Source of the DNA: Candidatus Bathyarchaeia archaeon
GTDB taxonomy: Archaea > Thermoproteota > Bathyarchaeia > 40CM-2-53-6
DNA length: 64,000 nucleotides
Reading direction: 5' to 3'
Assembly: GCA_050013255.1 (NCBI GenBank)
Contig: JBEKFP010000003.1
Location: 218,483 to 282,482, forward strand
The position numbers and the translations under genes are program-made. Each line of letters opens with the position of its first letter. Positions within the stretch are counted from its first letter, which is position 1. Shown here piece after piece: positions 45,749 through 56,020 of this stretch. The notes under the pieces were generated by a model. That model did not search any database and was not told where the DNA came from. It saw only the letters and a list, made by a program, of their open reading frames with translations.

Positions 45749-48031
45749 TTGGCTTCGGCTCGGTATCAGTCTCTCGCAGAGCGGTTCAGCCTTTGGAAAC
45801 AGCAGGCCGAGCTCACGTTCAAAGCCTTCAAGTCGAATCGAATTTCTATGACCGGGTTCGCCGTCATCGTTGCGGCGGCGCTATTAGCAATATCGTCGCC
45901 TATTATTGCGTCTCAGCACCCTAGCTACGTGTTTGTCGGTGGAACAGAACAGCAGAGATGGGGTATCACTCTAAGTTCAGTACTGTTGAGTCCGAGCTTA
46001 ATTCATCCGTTCGGAACAGATGAGTTAGGGCGTGATATATTCAGCCGTGTCCTTTATGGCGCACAACTTGACCTGATCCTTCCACTGGAAGTCGTTATTT
46101 TCTCCGCTGTCATCGGAATAGTGATCGGAGGGATAGGAGGATACTTCGAACGGTTCATTGGAGAAGCACTGATGAGGTTTACTGACGTTTTCCTAGCTGT
46201 TCCTAGCATCATTCTGGCACTAGCGCTTGTCGCAGCTCTGGGGGCATCACTCAACCATATTGTGATAGCGATGATTGCCACTTGGTGGGCATGGTACTCG
46301 AGGCTCGTCTATGGAGAGACCAGAAAGATCAAGCATCGGGATTTTGTTGACGTGGCCCGAAGTTCTGGGCTAAGTGGCACGGCGATTTTCTTTAGGCACA
46401 TACTTCAGAACGTATTAGCGCCAGCCATCATTCAGGCCACCTCCGATATGGGTACGGCAATTCTCGCGATTGCAGGCCTCAGCTTTCTTGGTCTGGGAGC
46501 GCCACCTGGAACGGCAGAATGGGGGCTCATGATCTCTGAAAGTGAGAACTATATCTTCAGTGCGTGGTGGTATCCGGTATTTCCCGGAATCGCCATAATA
46601 GTGACTGTTATGGCTTTCAATCTACTGGGCGACGGGTTGAGAGATGTCTTGGATCCGACTGCGAGAACTTGGCAATCGCAAATCAGCGAAAAGAAAGCGA
46701 TGCCAAAAGAAGCAAAGAAGCCTGACGAGGTTCCTCTCGGAACCAGTCTTCTGAGCGTTAGAGATTTGTCAGTTGACTATCATTCCTATGAGGGAACTGT
46801 GCAAGCAGTGAGGAATGTCTCGTTCGATATTCACGAAGGAGAAGCTTATGGATTAATTGGAGAAAGCGGAAGCGGAAAATCAACCGTGGCCTATGACGTA
46901 ATCGGCCTTCTGCCGCGTCCCCCGGCTGAAACGGTCTCCGGCCGGATCTTGCTCAAGACAAAACACGCCGATATGTCTCATTCCTTTGTAGACATGCTGA
47001 CCCTAAGAGAAGAAGAACTCAACCAAATCCGGGGAAAGAAAATTGCTATGATCTTTCAAGACGTTCTCGATTCTCTGCAACCGTCTTACCGTATATCATT
47101 TCAGATGTGCCAGACATACCTTCTTCATCAGTTCGATATGCTTCTTGAAATCGCAGCGAATGAAGTAAGGGGAGCCTATAGAGAGCGAGAATGTGTCAAA
47201 TGCGGAGCCAAAGTGGAGACGGATTCGTGGATCTGCTCCAAATGCCTTGCCATAGTAGATCCACGAGACGAAGACCGTTGGTCCTTTGACGAGGAAGTTG
47301 AGAAGACGCTCAACTACTCCGAGCGCCGAGAGCTGTTAAGGTACTTTGGGTTGTACAAGAACTACAAGAAGGCCCGCATTGGACCAGACAGTCCACCAGA
47401 CAAGCGATTGGACAGGATATGCAGAAAGCTCGTGATCAGAGACTTGCAAAGGGTGACGGTCCCTGCTCCAGAGAAGACGGTTGATCTTTATCCTTTCGAG
47501 CTCTCAGGCGGGATGAGACAGAGAGTGGTTATTGCCATGATGATGGCGTGTAACCCAGGTCTGTTGATAGCCGATGAACCAACCACGGCCCTCGACGTTG
47601 TCTCAGAAAGGAACATTCTAGACGTCATCAAAGAGTTCAAAACTTCTCTAGGCATATCAATTCTGCTGATATCACATGATCTGAACGTGATAAGACGTTT
47701 CTGTGATAGGGTGGCGGTCATGTATGCTGGAAGAATCGTAGAGGAGGGGCCGCTGAATGAAGTTTTCAAGAATCCGTTACATCCATACACAGATGGGCTC
47801 ATGAGGTCGAGACCTGTGATCCAAGAAGACGGACAATTCGTGAAGCGCGGAAACCTCCATGTTTTAGCAGGCGTTGTTCCTGACCTGAAGAATCCGCCGC
47901 CCGGCTGCCTGTTCGCGGACCGTTGCCAATACGCGTCTGAAATCTGTCGAAAGCAAATTCCTGAACTACTACCGCTAAATCCAGGCCACCTTGCAGCCTG
48001 CTATCACCCGTTAGGCCAGTCGAAGCCATGA
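45749..48031 (+). CDS. Fused DppC permease-DppD ATPase with a zinc-ribbon insertion
   Basis: GTDELGRD, NLLGDGLRD; GESGSGKS, LSGGMRQR, DEPT; inserted CVKC...CSKC. Confidence 0.85.
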   Translation: MASARYQSLAERFSLWKQQAELTFKAFKSNRISMTGFAVIVAAALLAISSPIIASQHPSYVFVGGTEQQRWGITLSSVLLSPSLIHPFGTDELGRDIFSRVLYGAQLDLILPLEVVIFSAVIGIVIGGIGGYFERFIGEALMRFTDVFLAVPSIILALALVAALGASLNHIVIAMIATWWAWYSRLVYGETRKIKHRDFVDVARSSGLSGTAIFFRHILQNVLAPAIIQATSDMGTAILAIAGLSFLGLGAPPGTAEWGLMISESENYIFSAWWYPVFPGIAIIVTVMAFNLLGDGLRDVLDPTARTWQSQISEKKAMPKEAKKPDEVPLGTSLLSVRDLSVDYHSYEGTVQAVRNVSFDIHEGEAYGLIGESGSGKSTVAYDVIGLLPRPPAETVSGRILLKTKHADMSHSFVDMLTLREEELNQIRGKKIAMIFQDVLDSLQPSYRISFQMCQTYLLHQFDMLLEIAANEVRGAYRERECVKCGAKVETDSWICSKCLAIVDPRDEDRWSFDEEVEKTLNYSERRELLRYFGLYKNYKKARIGPDSPPDKRLDRICRKLVIRDLQRVTVPAPEKTVDLYPFELSGGMRQRVVIAMMMACNPGLLIADEPTTALDVVSERNILDVIKEFKTSLGISILLISHDLNVIRRFCDRVAVMYAGRIVEEGPLNEVFKNPLHPYTDGLMRSRPVIQEDGQFVKRGNLHVLAGVVPDLKNPPPGCLFADRCQYASEICRKQIPELLPLNPGHLAACYHPLGQSKP

Positions 48032-49047
48032 CGCATCAAATTCTGAAAGATGGTGCCGAGACTGTTCTACAAGTTGAGGAATTGAAAAAGTACTTCCCGG
48101 TTAGGTCCAACATTCTATCGCTTCTCAAAGGGTTCATTCGTGCCGTAGACGGAGTCAGCTTCATGGTAGAGAGGGGTAAGACGTTCAGCATCGTGGGGGA
48201 ATCCGGTAGCGGAAAATCTACCTTAGCACGTGCCATCGTACGTCTCGTCGACCCTTCCAGTGGAAATGTTGCGCTTCAAGGACAAGATCTGACGAAGCTT
48301 CGTGGATCGAAACTTAGAAAGTCGAGAAAGAATTTTCAAATGATCTTTCAAGATCCAATCTCCTCCTTGAACCCGAGAATGCTCGCGGTCGACATTGTCG
48401 GTGAGCCGCTCAAGGTTCATACAAAGCTAAGAGGGGACGAATTGCGGAAGGAGATAATCAGGAATCTCGAACTCGTCGGACTTGACAGGTCCTTCCTGTA
48501 CCGATATCCACATGAGTTTTCAGGGGGGCAGAGGCAAAGACTAGGAATTGCACGCGCATTGGCCATACGACCGAAGCTCGTTGTTCTTGATGAGCCGACC
48601 TCCAACTTGGATGTGTCGGTGCAATCGCAAATTCTTGAACTCTTGGCCTCTCTCCAGAAACAACTACAACTCACCTATCTCTTCATCTCTCATGACATGG
48701 GAGTCGTCTATCACATCAGCGACATCGTGTGCGTCATGTACGCAGGTAAAGTCGTCGAGTTGGCTGAGACTGTAGAACTATTTTCAAAGCCAATGCATCC
48801 TTACACACGAGGCCTTTTAGAAATAGTCGCCTCGGAGGGAGCAGATATCGAAATGACTTTGAAGGGGGAACCACCTAACCCGCGCGCCTTCCCTACCGGT
48901 TGCCGCTTCAGGCCGCGATGTCCCTATGCTATTCCCATCTGCGACGAAGAACCGGAGCTGTTGGAAGCTTCCGCTGGGCATTTCGTTTCATGTCACGTGT
49001 TCGGTTGCGCTCCGGGGAAGCGATATGAAAAAGCAGAAGCAGAGTGA
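48028..49047 (+). CDS. Peptide ABC transporter ATPase (DppF-like)
   Basis: GESGSGKS, FSGGQRQR, HPYT, GCRFRPRC. Confidence 0.9.
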   Translation: MTHQILKDGAETVLQVEELKKYFPVRSNILSLLKGFIRAVDGVSFMVERGKTFSIVGESGSGKSTLARAIVRLVDPSSGNVALQGQDLTKLRGSKLRKSRKNFQMIFQDPISSLNPRMLAVDIVGEPLKVHTKLRGDELRKEIIRNLELVGLDRSFLYRYPHEFSGGQRQRLGIARALAIRPKLVVLDEPTSNLDVSVQSQILELLASLQKQLQLTYLFISHDMGVVYHISDIVCVMYAGKVVELAETVELFSKPMHPYTRGLLEIVASEGADIEMTLKGEPPNPRAFPTGCRFRPRCPYAIPICDEEPELLEASAGHFVSCHVFGCAPGKRYEKAEAE

Positions 49048-49390
49048 AGGTCGGAATATAGACGAGGACGACGCCGCGCTTGATCGGTCGGATATTATTA
49101 TGACCGTCCTCAACAAGTACAGTCGTTGGCGACGCAATGGCCTTCTGATGACTTCCAAATTATCAATGAAACACTTGCTGCTCAGGACAATTTACCTCAC
49201 TGCATGTATTCTCGCAGACGGGGCCATCCTGCCCGTAATCATAATAGCGATGAACCGAACGCCCGTTTCATACTTAGTTTTCATCGTCGCTCTTGGATTT
49301 GCAATATTCCTAGAAAGCAGGTTCTACTTGAAATGGAAAGCGCGGTGGAAGGAGCTCGAAGGCGGTACTGTCCCGCCCAAGTACGAATAG
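49025..49390 (+). CDS. Small two-TM membrane protein
   Basis: Two hydrophobic helices; overlaps the end of the ATPase gene. Confidence 0.5.
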   Translation: MKKQKQSEGRNIDEDDAALDRSDIIMTVLNKYSRWRRNGLLMTSKLSMKHLLLRTIYLTACILADGAILPVIIIAMNRTPVSYLVFIVALGFAIFLESRFYLKWKARWKELEGGTVPPKYE

Positions 49391-49475
49391 AACCTAGAAT
49401 TTCGGACCGTAACTTCCGTCGGACACGTAATCTGCTCCTTCCCGAAATGATCTCTTGAAAGGCCAGAGTACGGAA

Positions 49476-50558
49476 TCAGGCTGTATATCTAACGAACTCG
49501 TTCTCGCATGGGTTACCTTTAGTTATCCAGGCTTCCCTTTTCTCAGGGACGTATATCATGCCATCAAGCGTTCGGCTATGATGGGGCTTAGGCCTCGCTG
49601 GGTTCACGTGTGCACATATCGTGTTTGGTTTATTTTCATGATCTCTAAGGAACCCTTCAAAGGTTTCGAGATTCAGTTTTCCCTTGCTGCGATTTATGAG
49701 TTCCGCCATCCAATCACATCTTGTTTCGCTATTTACGCGGTATTCGTTACTCTTGCAGTCTGTGAAGCCGTGTGTTCCGTAAAGATAATGGTTGGCGTGA
49801 TGTAGGACATTCTCGGAACGCATTACGGTTACCTTTAGGGGATTAGCTTCAACGTCCATTATCCCCTTCTTATCCCCAAGCATGAAGTTGAGTGCGAAGG
49901 CTCGGTCGGCCCTCTCAATAGAGGCAAGGGCACCATCGAGGTCCTTCTGGTTGAGCACCTCTCTCACCACGCAAAGCATAGGCACCGCTATCTTCGCTTT
50001 CTCAAAGCCCAGCGCATTTATGCACACGCTGAGGCCGCTGGAGTTTATCCCCATCATGGCTGGAGCGCCGGCGTATGAATAAATTAGTGCATCAGGCGCA
50101 TCTTTCTGCGAGTATTTTGTAAGCGTGGTGCAGTCACCGTCGAGCCATGGATCTATCCCCTCATCGTTATTCTGGCCAACGTAAGTTAACCCATCAGTGG
50201 TCGCGTCGCCTCTCGCTGCAAACGAGGTGCAAGCTTTTGCTAGTTTCGGGTAGAAGACTTCGTTGAACGCAGTAATCAGTAAGACTTCAGCGAGTTGTAT
50301 ATTCGCTCCCTCGGCCGTTCCCTTAATTTCTTCAGCGACTTCTTCAGAATAGTCTCGGATGGGTCGTTCATATTGGGAAGCCTCTCTCAGAGCCTCTTGC
50401 TTTGGAGTTTGTAGGTAGCGAGCGTAGAAGTTGTAGTGGGAGTCGATAAGTCGCCGTATTAGGAGCTTGTGGTGGGCACCGTATGTGAAGCCTCTCTCGA
50501 ATCCGTCTCCTCGCGTTTCAAGTACTTCGTACTTGTTAACTCTTAGAAGCTCCGCCAT
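49476..50558 (-). CDS. C45 family Ntn-hydrolase/peptidase
   Basis: ACTSF autocleavage Cys, GQNND, GINSSGL, HANH. Confidence 0.85.
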   Translation of the reverse strand: MAELLRVNKYEVLETRGDGFERGFTYGAHHKLLIRRLIDSHYNFYARYLQTPKQEALREASQYERPIRDYSEEVAEEIKGTAEGANIQLAEVLLITAFNEVFYPKLAKACTSFAARGDATTDGLTYVGQNNDEGIDPWLDGDCTTLTKYSQKDAPDALIYSYAGAPAMMGINSSGLSVCINALGFEKAKIAVPMLCVVREVLNQKDLDGALASIERADRAFALNFMLGDKKGIMDVEANPLKVTVMRSENVLHHANHYLYGTHGFTDCKSNEYRVNSETRCDWMAELINRSKGKLNLETFEGFLRDHENKPNTICAHVNPARPKPHHSRTLDGMIYVPEKREAWITKGNPCENEFVRYTA

Positions 50559-50715
50559 GAGTTGTGAAAAAGGTCCAAGGGCTGATATACGCTTTCTCTA
50601 AAGGAGGTGCGGGGTAAGTGAAGCTGAAGTCATATCAGTTCTATTCAACCCTACGGAAACTATCGTGACGCGTGAGAACAGGTTCGCCTGCAGCAGTACG
50701 AGAGGAGCCGTTGCT

Positions 50716-50802
50716 GGCACAGCCATGTGCCAAGTGACTATTGGAGAAGCCCGCGGCGCAACAAAGTATACAGGAATATTTGCTGAACAAAGCGCTCCAT
50801 AG
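50716..50802 (+). pseudogene. Duplicated 3' end of dcd
   Basis: 74/87 nt identical to 40342-40428; encodes GTAMCQVTIGEARGATKYTGIFAEQSAP*. Confidence 0.85.
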
Positions 50803-50818
50803 AATAATTACTATTGGA

Positions 50819-52099
50819 ATGGTTAACCAAATATACAACCATCCCGGTTACCCGCGGCCCAACTCGGTGCTTGAATTGTTGGATTCAGGGGACATTGCAT
50901 GGGTACTCACTGCTACGGCACTCGTCATGATAATGACGCCCGCACTAGGGTTCTTCTACGGCGGACTGGTTAGGCGAAAGAATCTCGTTTCTACAATCGT
51001 TCAATGTTTCATAATCTTCGCGGTCGTAAGCCTAGTTTGGGCGCTGTGGGGTTACAGCCTCGCCTTCGCTCCGACTATGAACGGTATTATTGGAGACCTG
51101 TCAGCCGTTGGTTTGAATAACGTTGGTGCAGCTCCCAATCTGAAATATGCTCCGACTATCCCTGAACTACTATTCTTTGCATTTCAGCTGAAATTCGCTG
51201 CCATTACACCTGCGCTAATTATTGGGGCGTTCGCTGAAAGAATTCGGTTCAAGTCACTCCTCATATTCATCGTTCTCTGGGCGACTTTCATCTACGCACC
51301 AATCGCCCACTGGGTTTGGGGAATTGGAGGTTTCCTCAAGGTGATGGGTGTACTGGACTTCGCGGGGGGCCTAGTCGTGCACATTTCAGCAGGCGTATCC
51401 GCCCTGGCCGCAGCATTGGTGATTGGGCGAAGGAGAGGACTTGATGCAAAGAAGGAAATGCGGCCGAATAACGTTCCGTTCGTAATCCTAGGCGCGTCAA
51501 TTCTCTGGTTTGGCTGGTTCGGGTTTAACGGCGGTAGTGCCCTCGCCGCAAACGAGTTGGCCGTGTCCGCGCTTGTCGTAACGAATCTTGCCGCTGCAGC
51601 GTCTGGAGTTAGTTGGATGTTAGTTGATTGGATCCGCAAAGGCAAACCGTCAGCCGTCGGCATCTCAGTCGGCGCCGTCTGCGGAATGGTCGCCATAACG
51701 CCTGCCTCAGGCTTCGTAGCACCAATGCCCGCCATCATAATCGGCCTGGTTGCTGGAGTCTTATGCAATTCTGTTACAAATTGGCGGGCTAGGACTCGGC
51801 TTGATGATTCGCTCGATGTTTTCGCTTGCCACGGAGTCGGAAGCATGTGGGGCGTTATAGCCACCGGCCTCTTTGCCACCACGATGATCAACGCTGCTGG
51901 TTCAAACGGCCTCTTCTACGGCAACCCAGCTCAACTTGGCATCCAAGCCTTCGCAGTAGTCATCGTAGCAGCTTTCGCCTTCTGCGGGTCCTACATTCTA
52001 CTTAGGTTGATCAACGTCTTCACACCTGTCCGGGTCAGCTCTAAGGACGAGGACGCTGGCTTGGACATGAGCCAGCACGGCGAAGAAGCATACGCCTAA
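50819..52099 (+). CDS. amt: Ammonium transporter
   Basis: MTPALGFFYGG, AER, DFAGG..VH, WFGWFGFNGGS, DDSLDVF..HG. Confidence 0.95.
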   Translation: MVNQIYNHPGYPRPNSVLELLDSGDIAWVLTATALVMIMTPALGFFYGGLVRRKNLVSTIVQCFIIFAVVSLVWALWGYSLAFAPTMNGIIGDLSAVGLNNVGAAPNLKYAPTIPELLFFAFQLKFAAITPALIIGAFAERIRFKSLLIFIVLWATFIYAPIAHWVWGIGGFLKVMGVLDFAGGLVVHISAGVSALAAALVIGRRRGLDAKKEMRPNNVPFVILGASILWFGWFGFNGGSALAANELAVSALVVTNLAAAASGVSWMLVDWIRKGKPSAVGISVGAVCGMVAITPASGFVAPMPAIIIGLVAGVLCNSVTNWRARTRLDDSLDVFACHGVGSMWGVIATGLFATTMINAAGSNGLFYGNPAQLGIQAFAVVIVAAFAFCGSYILLRLINVFTPVRVSSKDEDAGLDMSQHGEEAYA

Positions 52100-52284
52100 A
52101 CAGGCCATCCATTGGGTGGGGTACACCCAATCATTGAATGTGTACGGTGGCCAATACATTCGCACAGGAATAGCCCCCTTTCCCTATACCTAGGCACTTG
52201 AATATCCCACCTAGCCTAAGAAATCAACCAAAAACAAGTAAAACAAGAAAAAGCGGGAAAAACAGCCCGCCCTGATTAGCATCC

Positions 52285-52359
52285 TTATGACACGTATTCG
52301 GTAGTATCCCTCGCTTCACGACCCTCAAGCTTCATCTTGACCTTGCGTTTCTTCGCCAA
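52285..52359 (-). CDS. 24-aa basic peptide (MAKKRKVKMKLEGREARDTTEYVS)
   Basis: Translated by hand; GGAGGTGA RBS and TTAAATA box upstream; T-rich tract downstream. Confidence 0.5.
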   Translation of the reverse strand: MAKKRKVKMKLEGREARDTTEYVS

Positions 52360-52634
52360 CTTCTATTCACCTCCAACGATTAGCTAGAGCTAACGAGCTC
52401 TAGGTATTTAAGGCGGCTTGGAGAAAAAAGGCAAAAGGGCGAATGTTCCACATTTCTACCAAAGCGAACCATAGAGACACTCATGGAGCTTCATGCGAGT
52501 CTTCAGAAATGGTGAGTTCCGCGGCCCGTGGGGAGGGGTGGTGCCAAACGGTGCCAAGCGTGCTGGTCGACTATGCGAACTAGTGTGAGTGAGCTTGAAC
52601 AAAAAGAGCTCATAGATACCCGGTGTGGTAGCAT

Positions 52635-53009
52635 ATGCATAAACGCAACACGCCACCTAGATACTTGGGCCCACACTTGAAACGTAACGCCCTGTTCATT
52701 TGTACGGCAAATCTTCAACGCAGCCCCACAGCCGAAAGCCTCTTCCAAAATTGGGGAGGTCGGTGGGAGACGAAGTCTGCCGGCATCAACCCCGGGCCGG
52801 GAGGCACTCTTCTTACTCAGGAGCTCGTCGACTGGGCTGACTTGATTCTAGTGATGGAGGGAGTCCACGCTTACTACATTAAGTCCCACTTCAGATGTGA
52901 CTCAAGCAAACTAAGAGTCTTAGGCATACGCGACCGTTACGTTCGTGATGACCCTGAGCTAATTCAACAATTGAAGGAGAAGGTCCCACCGATCCTGGAT
53001 GATTCGTGA
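52635..53009 (+). CDS. LMW protein-tyrosine phosphatase family protein
   Basis: LFICTANLQRS (Cx5R), WADLILVME. Confidence 0.85.
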   Translation: MHKRNTPPRYLGPHLKRNALFICTANLQRSPTAESLFQNWGGRWETKSAGINPGPGGTLLTQELVDWADLILVMEGVHAYYIKSHFRCDSSKLRVLGIRDRYVRDDPELIQQLKEKVPPILDDS

Positions 53010-53103
53010 ATCTTGCGGCTGAAATCTACTTGGTGTGGATGCGATTTTCATTGGAATCGTATATATCCGGAGCCTCTCATTGTGGCAAACAGGTGATTAG
53101 GCT

Positions 53104-53874
53104 ACGCCGCTCCCCGACATAGTTCAGGAGGCGCAGCGCGTTGTAGACGCCGCAGCCAAGAAGGGCGTAGTCCTTAGACTGTTCGGGGGGTTGGCCATAC
53201 GATTTCACTGCCCCAGCGCCACCCACAGGTCCCTCGGACGAAAATACGTGGACATAGACTTCATGGCACTCCGGAAGCAATCACGTGACATAAAGAAACT
53301 CTTCGCGGAACTCGGCTACGTTCCTCGAGATAGGTTCAACGCCCTCCAAGGGGACAAGCGCTTGATCTTCAATGATATAGAGAATGGGAGGCGTGTGGAT
53401 ATTTTCTTAGAAACCTTCGAGATGTGCCACAAATTCGATTTCAAGGACCGGTTGACCCTCGATACTCCTACCATAAGCTTAGCCGATCTCTTCGCGACGA
53501 AACTGCAGGTTGTGGAGATTACTGAAAGAGAGTATAGGGACGTTATGGCGCTGGTTATGGATCATGAGGTTGGCGATTCTGACAAGCCAGAAACAATCAA
53601 CGCTGCATATCTCGCGGGACTCTGCGGCGACGACTGGGGGATTTACAAAACATTCACGACTAACATAGACCACATACTCACAGCGCTGCCAAAGTACGCA
53701 CTAGAGCCGGAATCGATGGCCATCGTGCAGAAGCGGCTTGAAGACATCCAGAATCGAATAGAAACCGCTCCAAAATCAGTTCGCTGGAAAATCAGAGCAA
53801 GAGTGGGGGAGAAGGCTCAATGGTACGAACTGCCCGAGCAAGACAAAGAAGTTGTCGATTCTCGTCTCGGCTAG
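53104..53874 (+). CDS. Nucleotidyltransferase-like protein (start upstream of the track call, possibly ACG at 53104)
   Basis: LRLFGGLAI...DIDF...VDIF...LFATK; the frame is open from 53101. Confidence 0.65.
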   Translation, partial: TPLPDIVQEAQRVVDAAAKKGVVLRLFGGLAIRFHCPSATHRSLGRKYVDIDFMALRKQSRDIKKLFAELGYVPRDRFNALQGDKRLIFNDIENGRRVDIFLETFEMCHKFDFKDRLTLDTPTISLADLFATKLQVVEITEREYRDVMALVMDHEVGDSDKPETINAAYLAGLCGDDWGIYKTFTTNIDHILTALPKYALEPESMAIVQKRLEDIQNRIETAPKSVRWKIRARVGEKAQWYELPEQDKEVVDSRLG

Positions 53875-54032
53875 GGAATTCAGTACGTTGTAGGGCCTCA
53901 ACTAACCAGATGGCAATCATCGAAACGGGGCTAGCAAGCTTCACATGTGCTCGTTACTGCGGTCAAGTACATGGGTAGAATATCTTCAGCTACATGGCTG
54001 ACCGAGTTGTTGACCGAGCCTGCTCCAATGCT

Positions 54033-54593
54033 TCACTGGACGATTTTAGTTTTGATTCTTTCCATGTAGTCGGCAAATTCAAGGTTCGGTAACGGTTCGA
54101 ATTTCCAATCTATCTTCGCATATACCTTCTTTGCGATTATCCTGCCGATGACTTTCGTGCCTCCTACCCCAAAGGTGCCTTCGAGGAGCGTGAAGAGGCT
54201 GTCAAGATGTTCTGGTATCTCGTTTCTGCCAACGGAGTGTTTTCTTTCCATGTAGTCGTAAATGGCTTCTCTGGCACGGCTGCCTACAAGGTCCGTCAAG
54301 ACTTCACTAATGGAATCTGATAGCAGGTTGGTTAGTGCCTTCGGTGCGTCGTGTTTCGTTGAGAGGTTGATGCGGGCTTCAGGGGGAGTAGGAAGATTAC
54401 AGTAAATTCCCTGCGCGACGGGACTAAGGAAGCGTGGAGGATACGCTGTAGAGCCGGAGGCGCGGGTGGCACTGGTGATGTTGAATCGATTTTCCCGCGA
54501 CGCTGGCGAGCAAAACGGCCTAGACTTCATAGAGATCTCTTTGCATGGCGGTGAGTATATTAGTGTTCGCATTACAGAACATGGTTGTTCCAT
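54033..54593 (-). CDS. Hypothetical protein of DUF3227-like type (true start probably internal)
   Basis: C-terminal LEGTFGVGGTKVI region is typical; the N-terminus is doubtful. Confidence 0.45.
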   Translation of the reverse strand: MEQPCSVMRTLIYSPPCKEISMKSRPFCSPASRENRFNITSATRASGSTAYPPRFLSPVAQGIYCNLPTPPEARINLSTKHDAPKALTNLLSDSISEVLTDLVGSRAREAIYDYMERKHSVGRNEIPEHLDSLFTLLEGTFGVGGTKVIGRIIAKKVYAKIDWKFEPLPNLEFADYMERIKTKIVQ

Positions 54594-54711
54594 CCATTAT
54601 GGATGGCTCACCCATACGTACAGGGAATATCCGTAGCAAAGCGGCAATCTTCTCACTCATGCACCCGCGGAAAAATCAGTTAACGAATCGACATGGGGTG
54701 AGGGCCCGCAA

Positions 54712-55236
54712 CTATCTTACGCGTTCCCCGCGGATTCGTTTTGGCGGGGTCACGCCAAGGTTTCGGGCAAGCTTCCGTACCTCTTCCTCGTCTAGCCAAT
54801 CAACTTTCAAGTATTCGAAGATCTCTTCATCGGACATGCCTAATCTGCGGGCTTCCTCTGTCGCATGCCTGTAGGCTTCAAGTTCTGTCGGGCGGTCATG
54901 GTATTCGAAGCTTTCATCGAACAGCGCCTTCCCCTCCCTAAACTGCCTAACGTGCACGAGTTCGTGGACTACGTCCAGGTACTTGCTTAGCGGCTCGCCA
55001 GTTCTAAGGTAGTATGCGCTAACGATCAGGTGGCCGTCTTCGTCGCTGACTCCCATATAGCCGAACTTTGAACTGAAGAACTCCACTCTAAGCTCAGAAA
55101 GAACCTTCCCAGTTTCTTCTCCGAATATCTCCCGAATGACCGGAAGTTTCTCGAAACCCTTGAAGTAATCGGAGAAGGAATGCATGGCGATAGGAACGTT
55201 CCCCGGGATCTGAACGTCAGGTAGTGGCGATTTCAT
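54712..55236 (-). CDS. HExxH metallopeptidase-like protein
   Basis: VHELVH...ELEAY. Confidence 0.6.
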   Translation of the reverse strand: MKSPLPDVQIPGNVPIAMHSFSDYFKGFEKLPVIREIFGEETGKVLSELRVEFFSSKFGYMGVSDEDGHLIVSAYYLRTGEPLSKYLDVVHELVHVRQFREGKALFDESFEYHDRPTELEAYRHATEEARRLGMSDEEIFEYLKVDWLDEEEVRKLARNLGVTPPKRIRGERVR

Positions 55237-55816
55237 AATTGGAACACTCTAACTCGCGCGTAGCGCTTCGCTAAGCCTCAGGGATTGAAAGGCATTACGA
55301 ATAGCGTCAATCGCCGTGGAGCGCCCTCGTTCGGGTGAATACGTCCCATCACAAACACGATAAAGCAACAGGTTCTCCCCACAAAATTGCACCACCCACC
55401 CCATCCAAGAATATCGGGCAAAGGCTATCACAACTTCGTAACGCTCTTCGCCTCGGCTTGTAGCGATCCATCCCTGCCTGCACTAACCCATAACATACTT
55501 ACAACCGTTCGCAGCGGGGAGGGTGGATCCACCCATCAAGGGGTGGTGCCAAACAGTGCCAAGCGGTTCTTGGCGGGTCGAACATGCACTTTTCATTACT
55601 CTAAATTCTGTATATGCGAACCATCTATCAAACCTGCACCTCAACTACGTACCGATGAAGTTTGGAGTTCGCTCAGCTCCTCGCACAACACTCGGCACAA
55701 ATTACACTCCTCCTGGACGGAGGTCTCATAATTTGGGTGTTGTACGCCTTCAGGAAAACATTTCCGCCCGAATTAATACCCAGCAATTTGCACGTTAACG
55801 ACTTGCTGGGGGAGAA

Positions 55817-56020
55817 CTATTTCCTTCGAGCGCTTGATACCAACAATGCCAGGCCAGCAACCAATACCATTGTCCATTCGACAATGTATGCCGTGATGAA
55901 CGAGTAGTCCGTGGCCCCTCGCGCCATCATTCCTTGAAGGTTGATGCCGGCGCCGTAAACTAGTCCTGTAAGGCCGGCCAAAGTCAAGAAAACTCCGGCA
56001 GCAAAAATCGCCTTATCCAT
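55817..56020 (-). CDS. Small membrane protein
   Basis: Two TM helices; GGTGA RBS before MDKAIF. Confidence 0.55.
   Translation of the reverse strand: MDKAIFAAGVFLTLAGLTGLVYGAGINLQGMMARGATDYSFITAYIVEWTMVLVAGLALLVSSARRK

Noticed and set aside
50741-50818. N-terminal extension of Amt
   Set aside because: Overlaps the duplicated dcd 3' fragment in another frame; a downstream start is more plausible
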